A DNA stretch of 59,609 nt, filler included, from Nemertoderma westbladi (lineage: Eukaryota; Animalia; Xenacoelomorpha), in NCBI GenBank assembly GCA_032718475.1. It is 3 parts of 3 records of this genome, joined end to end, with 100 filler letters (N's around TTAATTAATTAA, not from the genome) between each part and the next. Parts side by side here need not be neighbours in the genome. Positions count along the whole stretch, not along the records: positions 1 to 17,962 come from JAUCBJ010000388.1; 2 more parts are not named here. The stretch is one strand, 5' to 3'. Shown here piece after piece: positions 1-13,469 of the stretch; position 1 is the first letter of the stretch, and the number at the start of each line of letters is the position of its first letter. Under the pieces are notes generated by a model that did not search any database, had not been told where the DNA came from, and was given only the letters and a program-made list of their open reading frames with translations. The position numbers were made by a program, and so were the translations under genes.

Positions 1-356
1 GAAAAGCTACACGTCGACAGGAAAAATCGCTCTGATTGGCTCAAGCCAAACAAAGAACCATGCGTCCAATGGCTGTTTCCATGTCAGCAACCAGCTGTTA
101 GATGTCGTAATATGAATCATCACGGCTAAGCTGTGAAAGGTAGTTGGTGCATTACAGGTTTTTTGCCTTACCATGTCCGCCAAAACACGTATATAGCAGA
201 ATGACTTTTATGTCCGTTAAAACACCTGTAACGGTACCTTGCGGGCGAGGGGAATATATATACAGTTAGAGAACCTTTTTAGAGTATTCCAGCGCCTGGG
301 GGGAAACTGGATTGCGAAGCAAAAGGGGCCAGTTATATCCCACAGAAGCTTTTACA

Positions 357-3300
357 GTTACTAATTAATTGAATTTGCTATACCGGACTGGTACTTTTAG
401 TTGCGACTGGGGTTAATAATTCATTGAATTTGCTATACCGGACCGGTACTTTTAGTTGCGACTGGGGTTAATAATTCATTGAATTTGCTATACCGGACCG
501 GTACTTTTAGTTGCGACTGGGGTTAATAATTCATTGAATTTGCTATACCGGACCGGTACTTTTAGTTGCGACTGGGGTTACTAATTCATTGAATTTGCTA
601 TACCGGACCGGTACTTTTAGTTGTGACTGGGGTTACTAATTCATTGAAATTGCTATACCAGACCGGTACTTTTAGTTGCGACTGGGGTTAATAATTCATT
701 GAGTTTGCTATGCCGGACCGGTACTTTTAGTTGCGACTGGGGTTAATAATTCATTGAATTTGCTATACCGGACCGGTACTTTTAGTTGCGACTGGGGTTA
801 CTAATTCATTGAATTTGCTATACCGGACTGGTACTTTTAGTTGCGACTGGGGTTACTAATTCATTGAATTTGCTATACCGGACCGGTACTTTTAGTTGCG
901 ACTGGGGTTACTAATTCATTGAATTTGCTATACCGGACAGGTACTTTTAGTAGCGACTGGGGTTACTAATTCATTGAATTTGCTATACCGGACTGGTACT
1001 TTTAGTTGCGACTGGGGTTACTAATTCATTGAATTTGCTATACCGGACCGGTACTTTTAGTTGCGACTGGGGTTACTAATTCATTGAATTTGCTATACCG
1101 GACCGGTACTTTTAGTTGCGACCGGGGTTACTAATTCATTGAATTTGCTATACCGTACCGGTACTTTTAGTTGCGACTGGGGTTACTAATTCATTGAATT
1201 TGCTATACCGGACCGGTACTTTTAGTTGCGACTGGGGTTAATAATTCATTGAATTTGCTATACCGGACCGGTACTTTTAGTTGTGACTGGGGTTACTAAT
1301 TCATTGAATTTTCTATACCGGACCGGTACTTTTAGTTGCGACTGGGGTTACTAATTCATTGAATTTGCTATACTGGACCGGTACTTTTAGTTGCGACTGG
1401 GGTTACTAATTCATTGAATTTGCTATACCGGACCGGTACTTTTAGTTGTGACTGGGGTTACTAATTCATTGAATTTGCTATACCGGACCGGTACTTTTAG
1501 TTGCGACTGGGGTTAATAATTCATTGAATTTGCTATACCGGACCGGTACTTTTAGTTGCGACTGGGGTTAATAATTCATTGAATTTGCTATACCGGACTG
1601 GTACTTTTAGTTGCGACTGGGGTTACTAATTCATTGAATTTGCTATACCGGACCGGTACTTTTAGTTGCGACTGGGGTTACTAATTCATTGAATTTGCTA
1701 TACCGGACCGGTACTTTTAGTTGTGACTGGGGTTACTAATTCATTGAATTTGCTATACCGGACCGGTACTTTTAGTTGCGACTGGGGTTACTAATTCATT
1801 GAATTTGCTATACCGGACCGGTACTTTTAGTTGCGACTGGGGTTACTAATTCATTGAATTTGCTATACCGGACCGGTACTTTTAGTTGCGACTGGGGTTA
1901 CTAATTCATTGAATTTTCTATACCGGACCGGTACTTTTAGTTGCGACTGGGGTTAATAATTCATTGAATTTGCTATACCGGACCGGTACTTTTAGTTGCG
2001 ACTGGGGTTACTAATTCATTGAATTTGCTATACCGGACCGGTACTTTTAGTTGCGACTGGGGTTACTAATTCATTGAATTTGCTATACCGGACCGGTACT
2101 TTTAGTTGCGACTGGGGTTACTAATTCATTGAATTTGCTATACCGGACCGGTACTTTTAGTTGCGACTCTGGTTACTAATTCATTGAATTTGCTATACCG
2201 GACCGGTACTTTTAGTTGCGACTGGGGTTAATAATTCATTGAATTTACTATACCGGACCGGTACTTTTAGTTGTGACTGGGGTTACTAATTCATTGAATT
2301 TGCTATACCGGACCGGTACTTTTAGTTGCGACTGGGGTTACTAATTCATTGAATTTACTATACCGGACCGGTACTTTTAGTTGCGACTGGGGTTACTAAT
2401 TCATTGAATTTGCTATACCGGACCGGTACTTTTAGTTGCGACTGGGGTTACTAATTCATTGAATTTGCTATACCGGACCGGTACTTTTAGTTGCGACTGG
2501 GGTTACTAATTCATTGAATTTGCTATACCGGACCGGTACTTTTAGTTGCAACTGGGGTTACTAATTCATTGAATTTGCTATACCGGACCGGTACTTTTAG
2601 TTGCGACTGGGGTTACTAATTCATTGAATTTGCTATACCGGACCGGTACTTTTAGTTGCGACTGGGGTTACTAATTCATTGAATTTGCTATACCGGACCG
2701 GTACTTTTAGTTGCGACTGGGGTTACTAATTCATTGAATTTGCTATACCAGACCGGTACTTTTAGTTGCGTCTGGGGTTACTAATTCATTGAATTTGCTA
2801 TACCGGACCGGTACTTTTAGTTGCGACTGGGGTTACTAATTCATTGAATTTGCTATAACGTACCGGTACTTTTAGTTGCGACTGGGGTTAATATTTCATT
2901 GAATTTGCTATACCGGACCGGTACTTTTAGTTGCGACTGGGGTTACTAATTCATTGAATTTGCTATACCGGACCGGTACTTTTAGTTGTGACTGGGGTTA
3001 CTAATTCATTGAATTTGCTATACCGGACCGGTACTTTTAGTTGCGACTGCGGTTACTAATTCATTGAATTTGCTATACCGGACCGGTACTTTTAGTTGTG
3101 ACTGGGGTTACTAATTCATTGAATTTGCTATACCGGACCGGTACTTTTAGTTGCGACTGGGGTTACTAATTCATTGAATTTGCTATACCGGACCGGTACT
3201 TTTAGTTGCGACTGGGGTTACTAATTTATTGAATTTGCTATACCAGACCGGTACTTTTAGTTGCGACTGGGGTTACTAATTCATTGAATTTGCTATACCG

Positions 3301-6300
3301 GACCGGTACTTTTAGTTGCGACTGGGGTTACTAATTCATTGAATTTGCTATACCGGACCGGTACTTTTAGTTGCGACTGGGGTTACTAATTCATTGAATT
3401 TGCTATACCGGACCGGTACTTTTAGTTGCAACTGGGGTTACTAATTCATTGAATTTGCTATACCGGACCGGTACTTTTAGTTGCGACTGGGGTTACTAAT
3501 TCATTGAATTTGCTATACCGGACCGGTACTTTTAGTTGCGACTGGGGTTACTAATTCATTGAATTTGCTATACCGGACCGGTACTTTTAGTTGCGACTGG
3601 GGTTACTAATTCATTGAATTTTCTATACCGGACCGGTACTTTTAGTTGCGACTGGGGTTAATAATTCATTGAATTTGCTATACCGGACCGGTACTTTTAG
3701 TTGCGACTGGGGTTACTAATTCATTGAATTTGCTATACCGGACCGGTACTTTTAGTTGCGACTGGGGTTACTAATTCATTGAATTTGCTATACCGGACCG
3801 GTACTTTTAGTTGCGACTGGGGTTACTAATTCATTGAATTTGCTATACCGGACCGGTACTTTTAGTTGCGACTCGGGTTACTAATTCATTGAATTTGCTA
3901 TTCCGGACCGGTACTTTTAGTTGCGACTGGGGTTAATAATTCATTGAATTTACTATACCGGACCGGTACTTTTAGTTGTGACTGGGGTTACTAATTCATT
4001 GAATTTGCTATACCGGACCGGTACTTTTAGTTGCGACTGGGGTTACTAATTCATTGAATTTACTATACCGGACCGGTACTTTTAGTTGCGACTGGGGTTA
4101 CTAATTCATTGAATTTGCTATACCGGACCGGTACTTTTAGTTGCGACTGGGGTTACTAATTCATTGAATTTGCTATACCGGACCGGTACTTTTAGTTGCG
4201 ACTGGGGTTACTAATTCATTGAATTTGCTATACCGGACCGGTACTTTTAGTTGCAACTGGGGTTACTAATTCATTGAATTTGCTATACCGGACCGGTACT
4301 TTTAGTTGCGACTGGGGTTACTAATTCATTGAATTTGCTATACCGGACCGGTACTTTTAGTTGCGACTGGGGTTACTAATTCATTGAATTTGCTATACCG
4401 GACCGGTACTTTTAGTTGCGACTGGGGTTACTAATTCATTGAATTTGCTATACCGGACCAGTACTTTTAGTTGCGTCTGGGGTTACTAATTCATTGAATT
4501 TGCTATACCGGACCGGTACTTTTAGTTGCGACTGGGGTTACTAATTCATTGAATTTGCTATAACGTACCGGTACTTTTAGTTGCGACTGGGGTTAATATT
4601 TCATTGAATTTGCTATACCGGACCGGTACTTTTAGTTGCGACTGGGGTTACTAATTCATTGAATTTGCTATACCGGACCGGTACTTTTAGTTGTGACTGG
4701 GGTTACTAATTCATTGAATTTGCTATACCGGACCGGTACTTTTAGTTGCGACTGCGGTTACTAATTCATTGAATTTGCTATACCGGACCGGTACTTTTAG
4801 TTGTGACTGGGGTTACTAATTCATTGAATTTGCTATACCGGACCGGTACTTTTAGTTGCGACTGGGGTTACTAATTCATTGAATTTGCTATACCGGACCG
4901 GTACTTTTAGTTGCGACTGGGGTTACTAATTTATTGAATTTGCTATACCAGACTGGTACTTTTAGTTGCGACTGGGGTTACTAATTCATTGAATTTTCTA
5001 TACTGGACCTGCACTTTTATCTGCGACTGGGGTTACTAATTCATTGAATTTTCTATACCGGACTGGTGCTTTTAGTTGCGACTGGGGTTACTAATTCATT
5101 GAATTTGCTATACCGGACCGGTACTTTTAGTTGTGACTGGGGTTACTAATTCATTGAATTTGCTATACCGGACCGGTACTTTTAGTTGCGACTGGGGTTA
5201 CTAATTCATTGAATTTGCTATACCGGACCGGTACTTTTAGTTGTGACTGGGGTTACTAATTCATTGAATTTGCTATACAGGACCGGTACTTTTAGTTGCG
5301 ACTGGGGTTACTAATTCATTGAATTTGCTATACCGGACCAGTACTTTTAGTTGCGACTGGGGTTACTAATTCATTGAATTTGCTATACCGGACCGGTACT
5401 TTTAGTTGTGACTGGGGTTACTAATTCATTGAATTTGCTATACTGGACCGGTACTTTTAGTTGCGACTGGGGTTACTAATTCATTGAATTTGCTATACCG
5501 GACCGGTACTTTTAGTTGCGACTGGGGTTAATAATTCATTGAATTTGCTATACCGGACCGGTACTTTTAGTTGCGACTGGGGTTAATAATTCATTGAATT
5601 TGCTATACCGGGCCGGTACTTTTAGTTGCGACTGGGGTTAATAATTCATTGAATTTACTATACCGGACCGGTACTTTTAGTTGCGACTGGGGTTACTAAT
5701 TCATTGAATTTGCTATACCGGACCGGTACTTTTAGTTGCGACTGGGGTTACTAATTAATTGAATTTGCTATACCGGACTGGTACTTTTAGTTGCGACTGG
5801 GGTTAATAATTCATTGAATTTGCTATACCGGACCGGTACTTTTAGTTGCGACTGGGGTTAATAATTCATTGAATTTGCTATACCGGACCGGTACTTTTAG
5901 TTGCGACTGGGGTTAATAATTCATTGAATTTGCTATACCGGACCGGTACTTTTAGTTGCGACTGGGGTTACTAATTCATTGAATTTGCTATACCGGACCG
6001 GTACTTTTAGTTGCGACTGGGGTTACTAATTCATTGAATTTGCTATACCGGACCGGTACTTTTAGTTGTGACTGGGGTTACTAATTCATTGAAATTGCTA
6101 TACCAGACCGGTACTTTTAGCTGCGACTGGGGTTAATAATTCATTGAATTTGCTATACCGGACCGGTACTTTTAGTTGCGACTGGGGTTAATAATTCATT
6201 GAATTTGCTATACCGGACCGGTACTTTTAGTTGCGACTGGGGTTACTAATTCATTGAATTTGCTATACCGGACTGGTACTTTTAGTTGCGACTGGGGTTA

Positions 6301-8490
6301 CTAATTCATTGAATTTGCTATACCGGACCGGTACTTTTAGTTGCGACTGGGGTTACTAATTCATTGAATTTGCTATACCGGACAGGTACTTTTAGTAGCG
6401 ACTGGGGTTACTAATTCATTGAATTTGCTATACCGGACTGGTACTTTTAGTTGCGACTGGGGTTACTAATTCATTGAATTTGCTATACCGGACCGGTACT
6501 TTTAGTTGCGACTGGGGTTACTAATTCATTGAATTTGCTATACCGGACCGGTACTTTTAGTTGCGACCGGGGTTACTAATTCATTGAATTTGCTATACCG
6601 TACCGGTACTTTTAGTTGCGACTGGGGTTACTAATTCATTGAATTTGCTATACCGGACCGGTACTTTTAGTTGCGACTGGGGTTAATAATTCATTGAATT
6701 TGCTATACCGGACCGGTACTTTTAGTTGTGACTGGGGTTACTAATTCATTGAATTTTCTATACCGGACCGGTACTTTTAGTTGCGACTGGGGTTACTAAT
6801 TCATTGAATTTGCTATACTGGACCGGTACTTTTAGTTGTGACTGGGGTTACTAATTCATTGAATTTGCTATACCGGACCGGTACTTTTAGTTGTGACTGG
6901 GGTTACTAATTCATTGAATTTGCTATACCGGACCGGTACTTTTAGTTGCGACTGGGGTTAATAATTCATTGAATTTGCTATACCGGACCGGTACTTTTAG
7001 TTGCGACTGGGGTTAATAATTCATTGAATTTGCTATACCGGACTGGTACTTTTAGTTGCGACTGGGGTTACTAATTCATTGAATTTGCTATACCGGACCG
7101 GTACTTTTAGTTGCGACTGGGGTTACTAATTCATTGAATTTGCTATACCGGACCGGTACTTTTAGTTGTGACTGGGGTTACTAATTCATTAAATTTGCTA
7201 TACCGGACCGGTACTTTTAGTTGCGACTGGGGTTACTAATTCATTGAATTTGCTATACCGGACCGGTACTTTTAGTTGCGACTGGGGTTACTAATTCATT
7301 GAATTTGCTATACCGGACCGGTACTTTTAGTTGCGACTGGGGTTACTAATTCATTGAATTTTCTATACCGGACCGGTACTTTTAGTTGCGACTGGGGTTA
7401 ATAATTCATTGAATTTGCTATACCGGACCGGTACTTTTAGTTGCGACTGGGGTTACTAATTCATTGAATTTGCTATACCGGACCGGTACTTTTAGTTGCG
7501 ACTGGGGTTACTAATTCATTGAATTTGCTATACCGGACCGGTACTTTTAGTTGCGACTGGGGTTACTAATTCATTGAATTTGCTATACCGGACCGGTACT
7601 TTTAGTTGCGACTGGGGTTACTAATTCATTGAATTTGCTATACCGGACCGGTACTTTTAGTTGCGACTGGGGTTAATAATTCATTGAATTTACTATACCG
7701 GACCGGTACTTTTAGTTGTGACTGGGGTTACTAATTCATTGAATTTGCTATACCGGACCGGTACTTTTAGTTGCGACTGGGGTTACTAATTCATTGAATT
7801 TACTATACCGGACCGGTACTTTTAGTTGCGACTGGGGTTACTAATTCATTGAATTTGCTATACCGGACCGGTACTTTTAGTTGCGACTGGGGTTACTAAT
7901 TCATTGAATTTGCTATACCGGACCGGTACTTTTAGTTGCGACTGGGGTTACTAATTCATTGAATTTGCTATACCGGACCGGTACTTTTAGTTGCGACTGG
8001 GGTTACTAATTCATTGAATTTGCTATACCGGACCGGTACTTTTAGTTGCGACTGGGGTTACTAATTCATTGAATTTGCTATACCGGACCGGTACTTTTAG
8101 TTGCGACTGGGGTTACTAATTCATTGAATTTGCTATACCGGACCGGTACTTTTAGTTGCGACTGGGGTTACTAATTCATTGAATTTGCTATACCGGACCG
8201 GTACTTTTAGTTGCGACTGGGGTTACTAATTCATTGAATTTGCTATACCGGACCGGTACTTTTAGTTGCGTCTGGGGTTACTAATTCATTGAATTTGCTA
8301 TACCGGACCAGTACTTTTAGTTGCGACTGGGGTTACTAATTCATTGAATTTGCTATAACGTACCGGTACTTTTAGTTGCGACTGGGGTTAATATTTCATT
8401 GAATTTGCTATACCGGACCGGTACTTTTAGTTGCGACTGGGGTTACTAATTCATTGAATTTGCTATACCGGACCGGTACTTTTAGTTGTG
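357..8490. repeat. 55-bp tandem satellite, about 148 copies (GGTTACTAATTCATTGAATTTGCTATACCGGACCGGTACTTTTAGTTGCGACTGG)
   Basis: Period 55 seen directly (e.g. TCATTG at 421 and 476). Highly homogeneous, with no indels seen. There are no unique spacers, so it is not CRISPR. Confidence 0.98.
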
Positions 8491-8634
8491 TTTAGTTTAA
8501 AAAATTTATTAGATTTTTCGTTTCAAAAATACCCAAAACTCAAAAAATATCGAAAATTTCGCGATTTTTTACACAAAAAATGCCAAACTTTGTTATTTAA
8601 AAAAAATTTTGTCAACACTATTTTTGCGCAAAAT

Positions 8635-9448
8635 TGCATGAAATTCGAAACAGAGTTAGTTTCATCTCCCTCCTCCTTAGTGGGTGAGTCAGAATTTATA
8701 TTTTTGCTTTCAATCTTTAGTTACAAGCGTTTAAAAAAAAGTGTCTCCGTCGATAATGGAACCAGTTACCGCACAGCTATTCTTCAACCTTATAGTGATT
8801 TGTAGATACTAGTGGAAAGCTGGACATGCAAGGATTCCAAATATGTAAAAATATTTGAATTTGGCTTGGGAAATAGCTGAGATATGGGCATTTGTGGCGT
8901 GTCAAGTAGAAACGTAGGCCTTATAGTATCAGAAAAATCAAAATGTTGCATGTATTTACTTGCGCTGAAGGCCATTTATTCTATTTAATAAATACCCAAT
9001 GTTCTAGAACATTTTGTTTATATCTTTATCTATCGCTTTATATCGTTGCCAAGTTACTTATGAGATAAACAAAATGTTCTAGAACATTGTGTATTTATTA
9101 AATAGAATAAATGGCCTCCAGTGCAAGTAAATACATGCAACATTCATATGCCCATCTCAGCTATTTCCCAAGCCAAATTCAAATATTTTTACATATTTGG
9201 AATCCTTGCATGTCCAGCTTTCCACTAGTATCTACAAATCACTATAAGGTTGAGGAATGACTGTGCGGTAACTGGTACAATATCGACGGAGACACTTTTT
9301 TTAAACGCTTCTAACTAAAGATTGAAAGCAAAAATAAAAATTCTGGCTCACCCACTAAGGAGGAGGGAGAGGAAACTAACTCTAAATTTTATGCAATCTG
9401 ATTAAGATTTGTAGAAAATATAACGACACTATTTTCCAGGTCATGGTG
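8635..9448. mobile_element. Foldback MITE, family A (terminus CACCATG.CCTGGAA.ATAGTGTCGTT, TA target); left terminus missing
   Basis: Long inverted arms at about 8635-9018 and 9067-9396. The right end is ...CCAGGTCATGGTG|TA. Homologous to 23876-26434 and 46690-47580. Confidence 0.85.
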
Positions 9449-9569
9449 TACTACCTTTGAGTTATATCGTTATTTGGATTTTTGTTCTGCTGTTTTGATT
9501 GCTTTGTGGAATTTGCATTCTCGTCAATCCTGGAATGTATTCGCAGGATCTGAAAGGGTTTCTAAATTA

Positions 9570-10110
9570 TCTGTAGTTTGTTCTGTTTGTATCTAATATC
9601 TTACCTCGAGGTCGAGGGATTACAGCTTGTGCTTTATACGTACATACATTTCTCCCTCTAGCGGTAGACTGAAGAACTGTAGACCGATTAACAACACTAC
9701 AAAGACGCAGGATGTGTTCTTTCACATATCTGACAAGTTTCAGTTTGAATGGATCATAAATAGCGGAATGGGTGAGGGATTTCACTTTCAGATCGCCCTT
9801 TAGCGGTAGAGTAGAGAACTGCGGACGGATAAACCTACTTTGAATGACACAGTGGATTAAAAGCAAAAAAATGGAAGGACTTTTAATGTTTAGACATGTA
9901 GACCTCTAGCGGGAGACTGTTGAACGGATGGTGTCTAAAAGTCTCAAAAAAATCTCAAATTTTGGTCTTATTGATGCCTACAAATTTTCAACTTTGACAG
10001 CTTTAAATCCGACAAAGTTATTAGCCTGTCAAAGACGCAACTATTTGCTATTATTGACCCTCCACAGCGTCAGTTGGCTATGGCTCCGCAACTTCGTGGC
10101 TCGACCCATC
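9570..10110 (+). mobile_element. 3' part of a non-autonomous Helentron/HINE-like element
   Basis: Homologous to about 24510-26004, with repeated CTCTAGCGG motifs and the end GGCTCCGCAACTTCGTGGCTCG. The class assignment is inference. Confidence 0.6.
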
Positions 10111-10207
10111 TACTATAGTAGGCCTATATTTAATCACCAATATATGTATGAATGATGTAATGTACATATGGTAATGTACCTGTATTATACAGGTTTTGTA
10201 TTTACAA

Positions 10208-10335
10208 TATAATAATACTCGAAATGGGGCCGTTCGCGCAGCACGTGACATAAACTTATGTTAAGTGTCAATTCGAAAGAATTATAAGTCAAAATTAAGC
10301 AGATGTCGCCTAATCACTTCATCATCTAAATTTAG
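10208..10335 (+). mobile_element. 5' end of a second copy of the same Helentron-like element
   Basis: CGAAATGGGGCCGTTCGCGCAGCACGTGAC...TTAAGCAGATGTCGCCTAATCACTT matches 24376-24480. Confidence 0.65.
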
Positions 10336-10474
10336 ACTGGATAACTGCAGTCAATTTAAGACCTCAAAAAAACCTATTATTATCCTATCATTATCCGTCC
10401 GTTAAATTACCGTCCTATTACCGACGCAAAACTGAAATATGGTCTACAGTATAGTATGTACTATCTTCCGTCTA

Positions 10475-10632
10475 GCTGTCGGATGTCTGCTGTCGGTTGT
10501 CTGCTGCCGGTTGTCTACTATCTGTTTCCTGCCGTCGGTTGTCTCTGTCTGCTGTCTGTTTCCTGCAGTCGGTTGTCTCTGTCTGCTGTCTGTTTCCTGC
10601 AGTCGGTTTCCTGCTGTCGGTTGCGGCTTGTC
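10475..10632. repeat. Degenerate GTCGGTTGTCT/CTGCTGTCTG minisatellite
   Basis: Low-complexity reiteration that explains the stack of spurious ORFs at 10439-10739. Confidence 0.8.
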
Positions 10633-10688
10633 TACTAGGATCGGAATGCTGCAATGCAGCTTTATTTTTAAGAATGCTGTGCCGGCTT

Positions 10689-10918
10689 GTCGATAAAATT
10701 GCGCCGCCACAACTCCCTATCACCCATGACATTTGCTAGATCATCCGCATCTTCAAGGCCAGTGTCCTTTAAGATGCGTCTAAAGAAAGTCGGGGCTGTC
10801 CACCATGCTTATTCACTCCATGAGGCTGCCAAAGCACAAGATTATACACTGGCTGGTCCTCACGGCGAAAGCAATGTCCTGCAAAGCGGAGGCGGCTTTA
10901 TTATAATGTCAAGCTTGG
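10689..10918 (-). mobile_element. Short 3' fragment of an RTE-like LINE (same family as 53119-54735)
   Basis: About 230 bp closely matching 53119-53348. Confidence 0.92.
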
Positions 10919-12015
10919 CTTGTCTGCTTTCGGGTTAGCGTTCACACCAACTTGTTACAGTGCTACTACGATAACTGACCATTGAGTGACCGTGGCCACC
11001 GTCTTGGTCCTGCAAACCCACTTCACTAGCTCTGATTGGGTACATACGCCGTGACCGTAGCGGTTATTAGTAAATATGGAGATCTGCGTGTGTCTCTTTC
11101 CGTAATTGCTGTCGCTTTCGCTTTTACTTGTGTGCTAGTTTTATAGCCCGTATAAAATACCTGGCACAACTACATGCCAGATTTACCACTCACAGGTGCA
11201 GGAACAAAGGCCACATCCATTATTAATGTTGCCACACTATTTACTTAAGACCTATGGGAGGGCGTTGATTATATCCTTGGGCTATTGATTAATTGTATAT
11301 CCAGCCCCATTCGGTTCGGTTTGATTATATATTGGTAGAGTCAGCCCTAAGAGGGATGTAGGTGTTTGCCAACTGAATTCTGCTACTGTGTATTTAATGA
11401 ACACAGGTGCTAAGCAAACTGCCCAACACAATAGCTATATATCATTGACTAATTGATTCTAGCTAAGGAGCAATTCCTCCAACTTAGGGGCCCTATATAG
11501 CGGACGACGGTGGCTTTGATCTGTTCTTTACACTGCTGTATCAATGCTCAGATCGTAAGCCCTTATTCATACAATGTTTTATAAGTGTTAATTTGTCGCT
11601 TTTGTAGTAAAGTGACTTGCAGTTAACATATTCTGGCTCAGATAACTCAAGTGTTTAACATTATCACCCGAATGTGGATATACGATCACTGACCCATTGT
11701 GTAGAGTTATCAACCAAACACCTCCATTGGGTTGGCCACATAATATGCTGAACAAACAATTAATTGATAAAAGTGTTGGGGTAGGGGTAATTTATCTGCA
11801 TCCGGTGTATCAAACCTTATAGTTGTATTGCCAGAGAGATAAATTGTTATGAAGTAAGGGGGGGGGGGGGGGGGGGGGGGATTACGTTTAGAAATTCAGA
11901 TTATTATAGGTAATTTCATTCCAAGCAATAATTAAGTTATTGGGTATTGAGTCAATAAGTTATAGTTGAGGATGTAAGTGCTTTCCGGTAAAATAAAAAT
12001 TCCCTTTTTATATGT

Positions 12016-12312
12016 TGCGTGCAATCTTGCGAATCTTTCTCGTGGGTGACGTTTACTGCGTGCAATCTTGCGAATCATTCTCGTGGGTGACGTTTACTGC
12101 GTGCAATCTTGCGAATCTTTCTCGTGGGTGACGTTTACTGCGTGCAATCTTGCGAATCTTTCTCGTGGGTGACGTTTACTGCGTGCAATCTTGCGAATCT
12201 TTCTCGTGGGTGACGTTTACTGCGTGCAATCTTGCGAATCTTTCTCGTGGGTGACGTTTACTGCGTGCAATCTTGCGAATCTTTCTCGTGGTTGCAGTTT
12301 ACTGCGTGCAAT
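12016..12312. repeat. 41-bp tandem array, 7 copies, derived from the LINE 3' region
   Basis: TGCGTGCAAT recurs every 41 bp from 12016 to 12303. Confidence 0.95.
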
Positions 12313-12519
12313 GAGATGCGATGGTGGAAACCATGGGCTGTGGCACGGGTTACCACGTGGCGGTTCCGTTGACCCGGCCGTCGCCACGTCGAGGACTGGA
12401 ATGCTGGTCCTCGTGAGTCCCTCACAAGTACACACGTGAATCCCTCAGAAACAAAATTTGACTCGCGTATGGCTCGAAATTCGAAGTATCGGGTAACGAC
12501 GTCGTTAGCAAAGACTCCA

Positions 12520-13091
12520 GGAAACATAGCAATGATATCTTCTACGAGGGTTTGTTGTTTCACGGAAACATAGCAATGATATCTTCTACGAGGGTTTGTT
12601 GTTTCACGGAAACATAGCAATGATATCTTCTACGAGGGTTTGTTGTTTCACGGAAACATAGCAATGATATCTTCTACGAGGGTTTGTTGTTTCACGGAAA
12701 CATAGCAATGATATCTTCTACGAGGGTTTGTTGTTTCACGGAAACATAGCAATGATATCTTCTACGAGGGTTTGTTGTTTCACGGAAACATAGCAATGAT
12801 ATCTTCTACGAGGGTTTGTTGTTTCACGGAAACATAGCAATGATATCTTCTACGAGGGTTTGTTGTTTCACGGAAACATAGCAATGATATCTTCTACGAG
12901 GGTTTGTTGTTTCACGGAAACATAGCAATGATATCTTCTACGAGGGTTTGTTGTTTCACGGAAACATAGCAATGATATCTTCTACGAGGGTTTGTTGTTT
13001 CACGGAAACATAGCAATGATATCTTCTACGAGGGTTTGTTGTTTCACGGAAACATAGCAATGATATCTTCTACGAGGGTTTGTTGTTTCAC
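12520..13091. repeat. 44-bp tandem array, 13 copies, derived from the LINE ORF
   Basis: GGAAACATAGC recurs every 44 bp from 12520 to 13048. Confidence 0.95.
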
Positions 13092-13469
13092 GAGATGTAG
13101 AGCCATAGTAGACGAGCAATGATATCTTCTACGAGGGTTTGTTGTTTCACGAGATGTAGGGCCATAGTAGACGAGCAATGATATCTTCTACGAGGGTTTG
13201 TTGTTTCACGAGATGTAGAGCCATAGTAGACGAGCAATGATATCTTCTACGAGGGTTTGTTGTTTCACGAGATGTAGAGCCATAGTAGACGAGCAATGAT
13301 ATCTTCTACGAGGGTTTGTTGTTTCACGAGATGTAGGGCCATAGTAGACGAGCAATGATATCTTCTACGAGGGTTTGTTGTTTCACGAGATGTAGAGCCA
13401 TAGTAGACGAGCAATGATATCTTCTACGAGGGTTTGTTGTTTCACGAGATGTAGGGCCATAGTAGACGA
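13092..13469. repeat. 59-bp tandem array, 6 copies plus founder, derived from the LINE ORF
   Basis: GAGATGTAG recurs every 59 bp from 13092 to 13446. It shares a core with the 44-bp unit. Confidence 0.95.

Noticed and set aside
357-8490. CRISPR-like array
   Set aside because: No unique spacers, no cas genes, and a eukaryotic context.
8488-8975. ORFs of 105 and 61 aa, with look-alikes at 23971 and 46774
   Set aside because: Chance translations of family A MITE arms, with no transposase motifs.
10439-10739. Six overlapping ORFs
   Set aside because: They arise from a stop-poor minisatellite.
11858-11880. Poly-G/C tracts here and elsewhere as functional G-quadruplexes
   Set aside because: Several are parts of MITE subtermini, and homopolymer lengths are unreliable.
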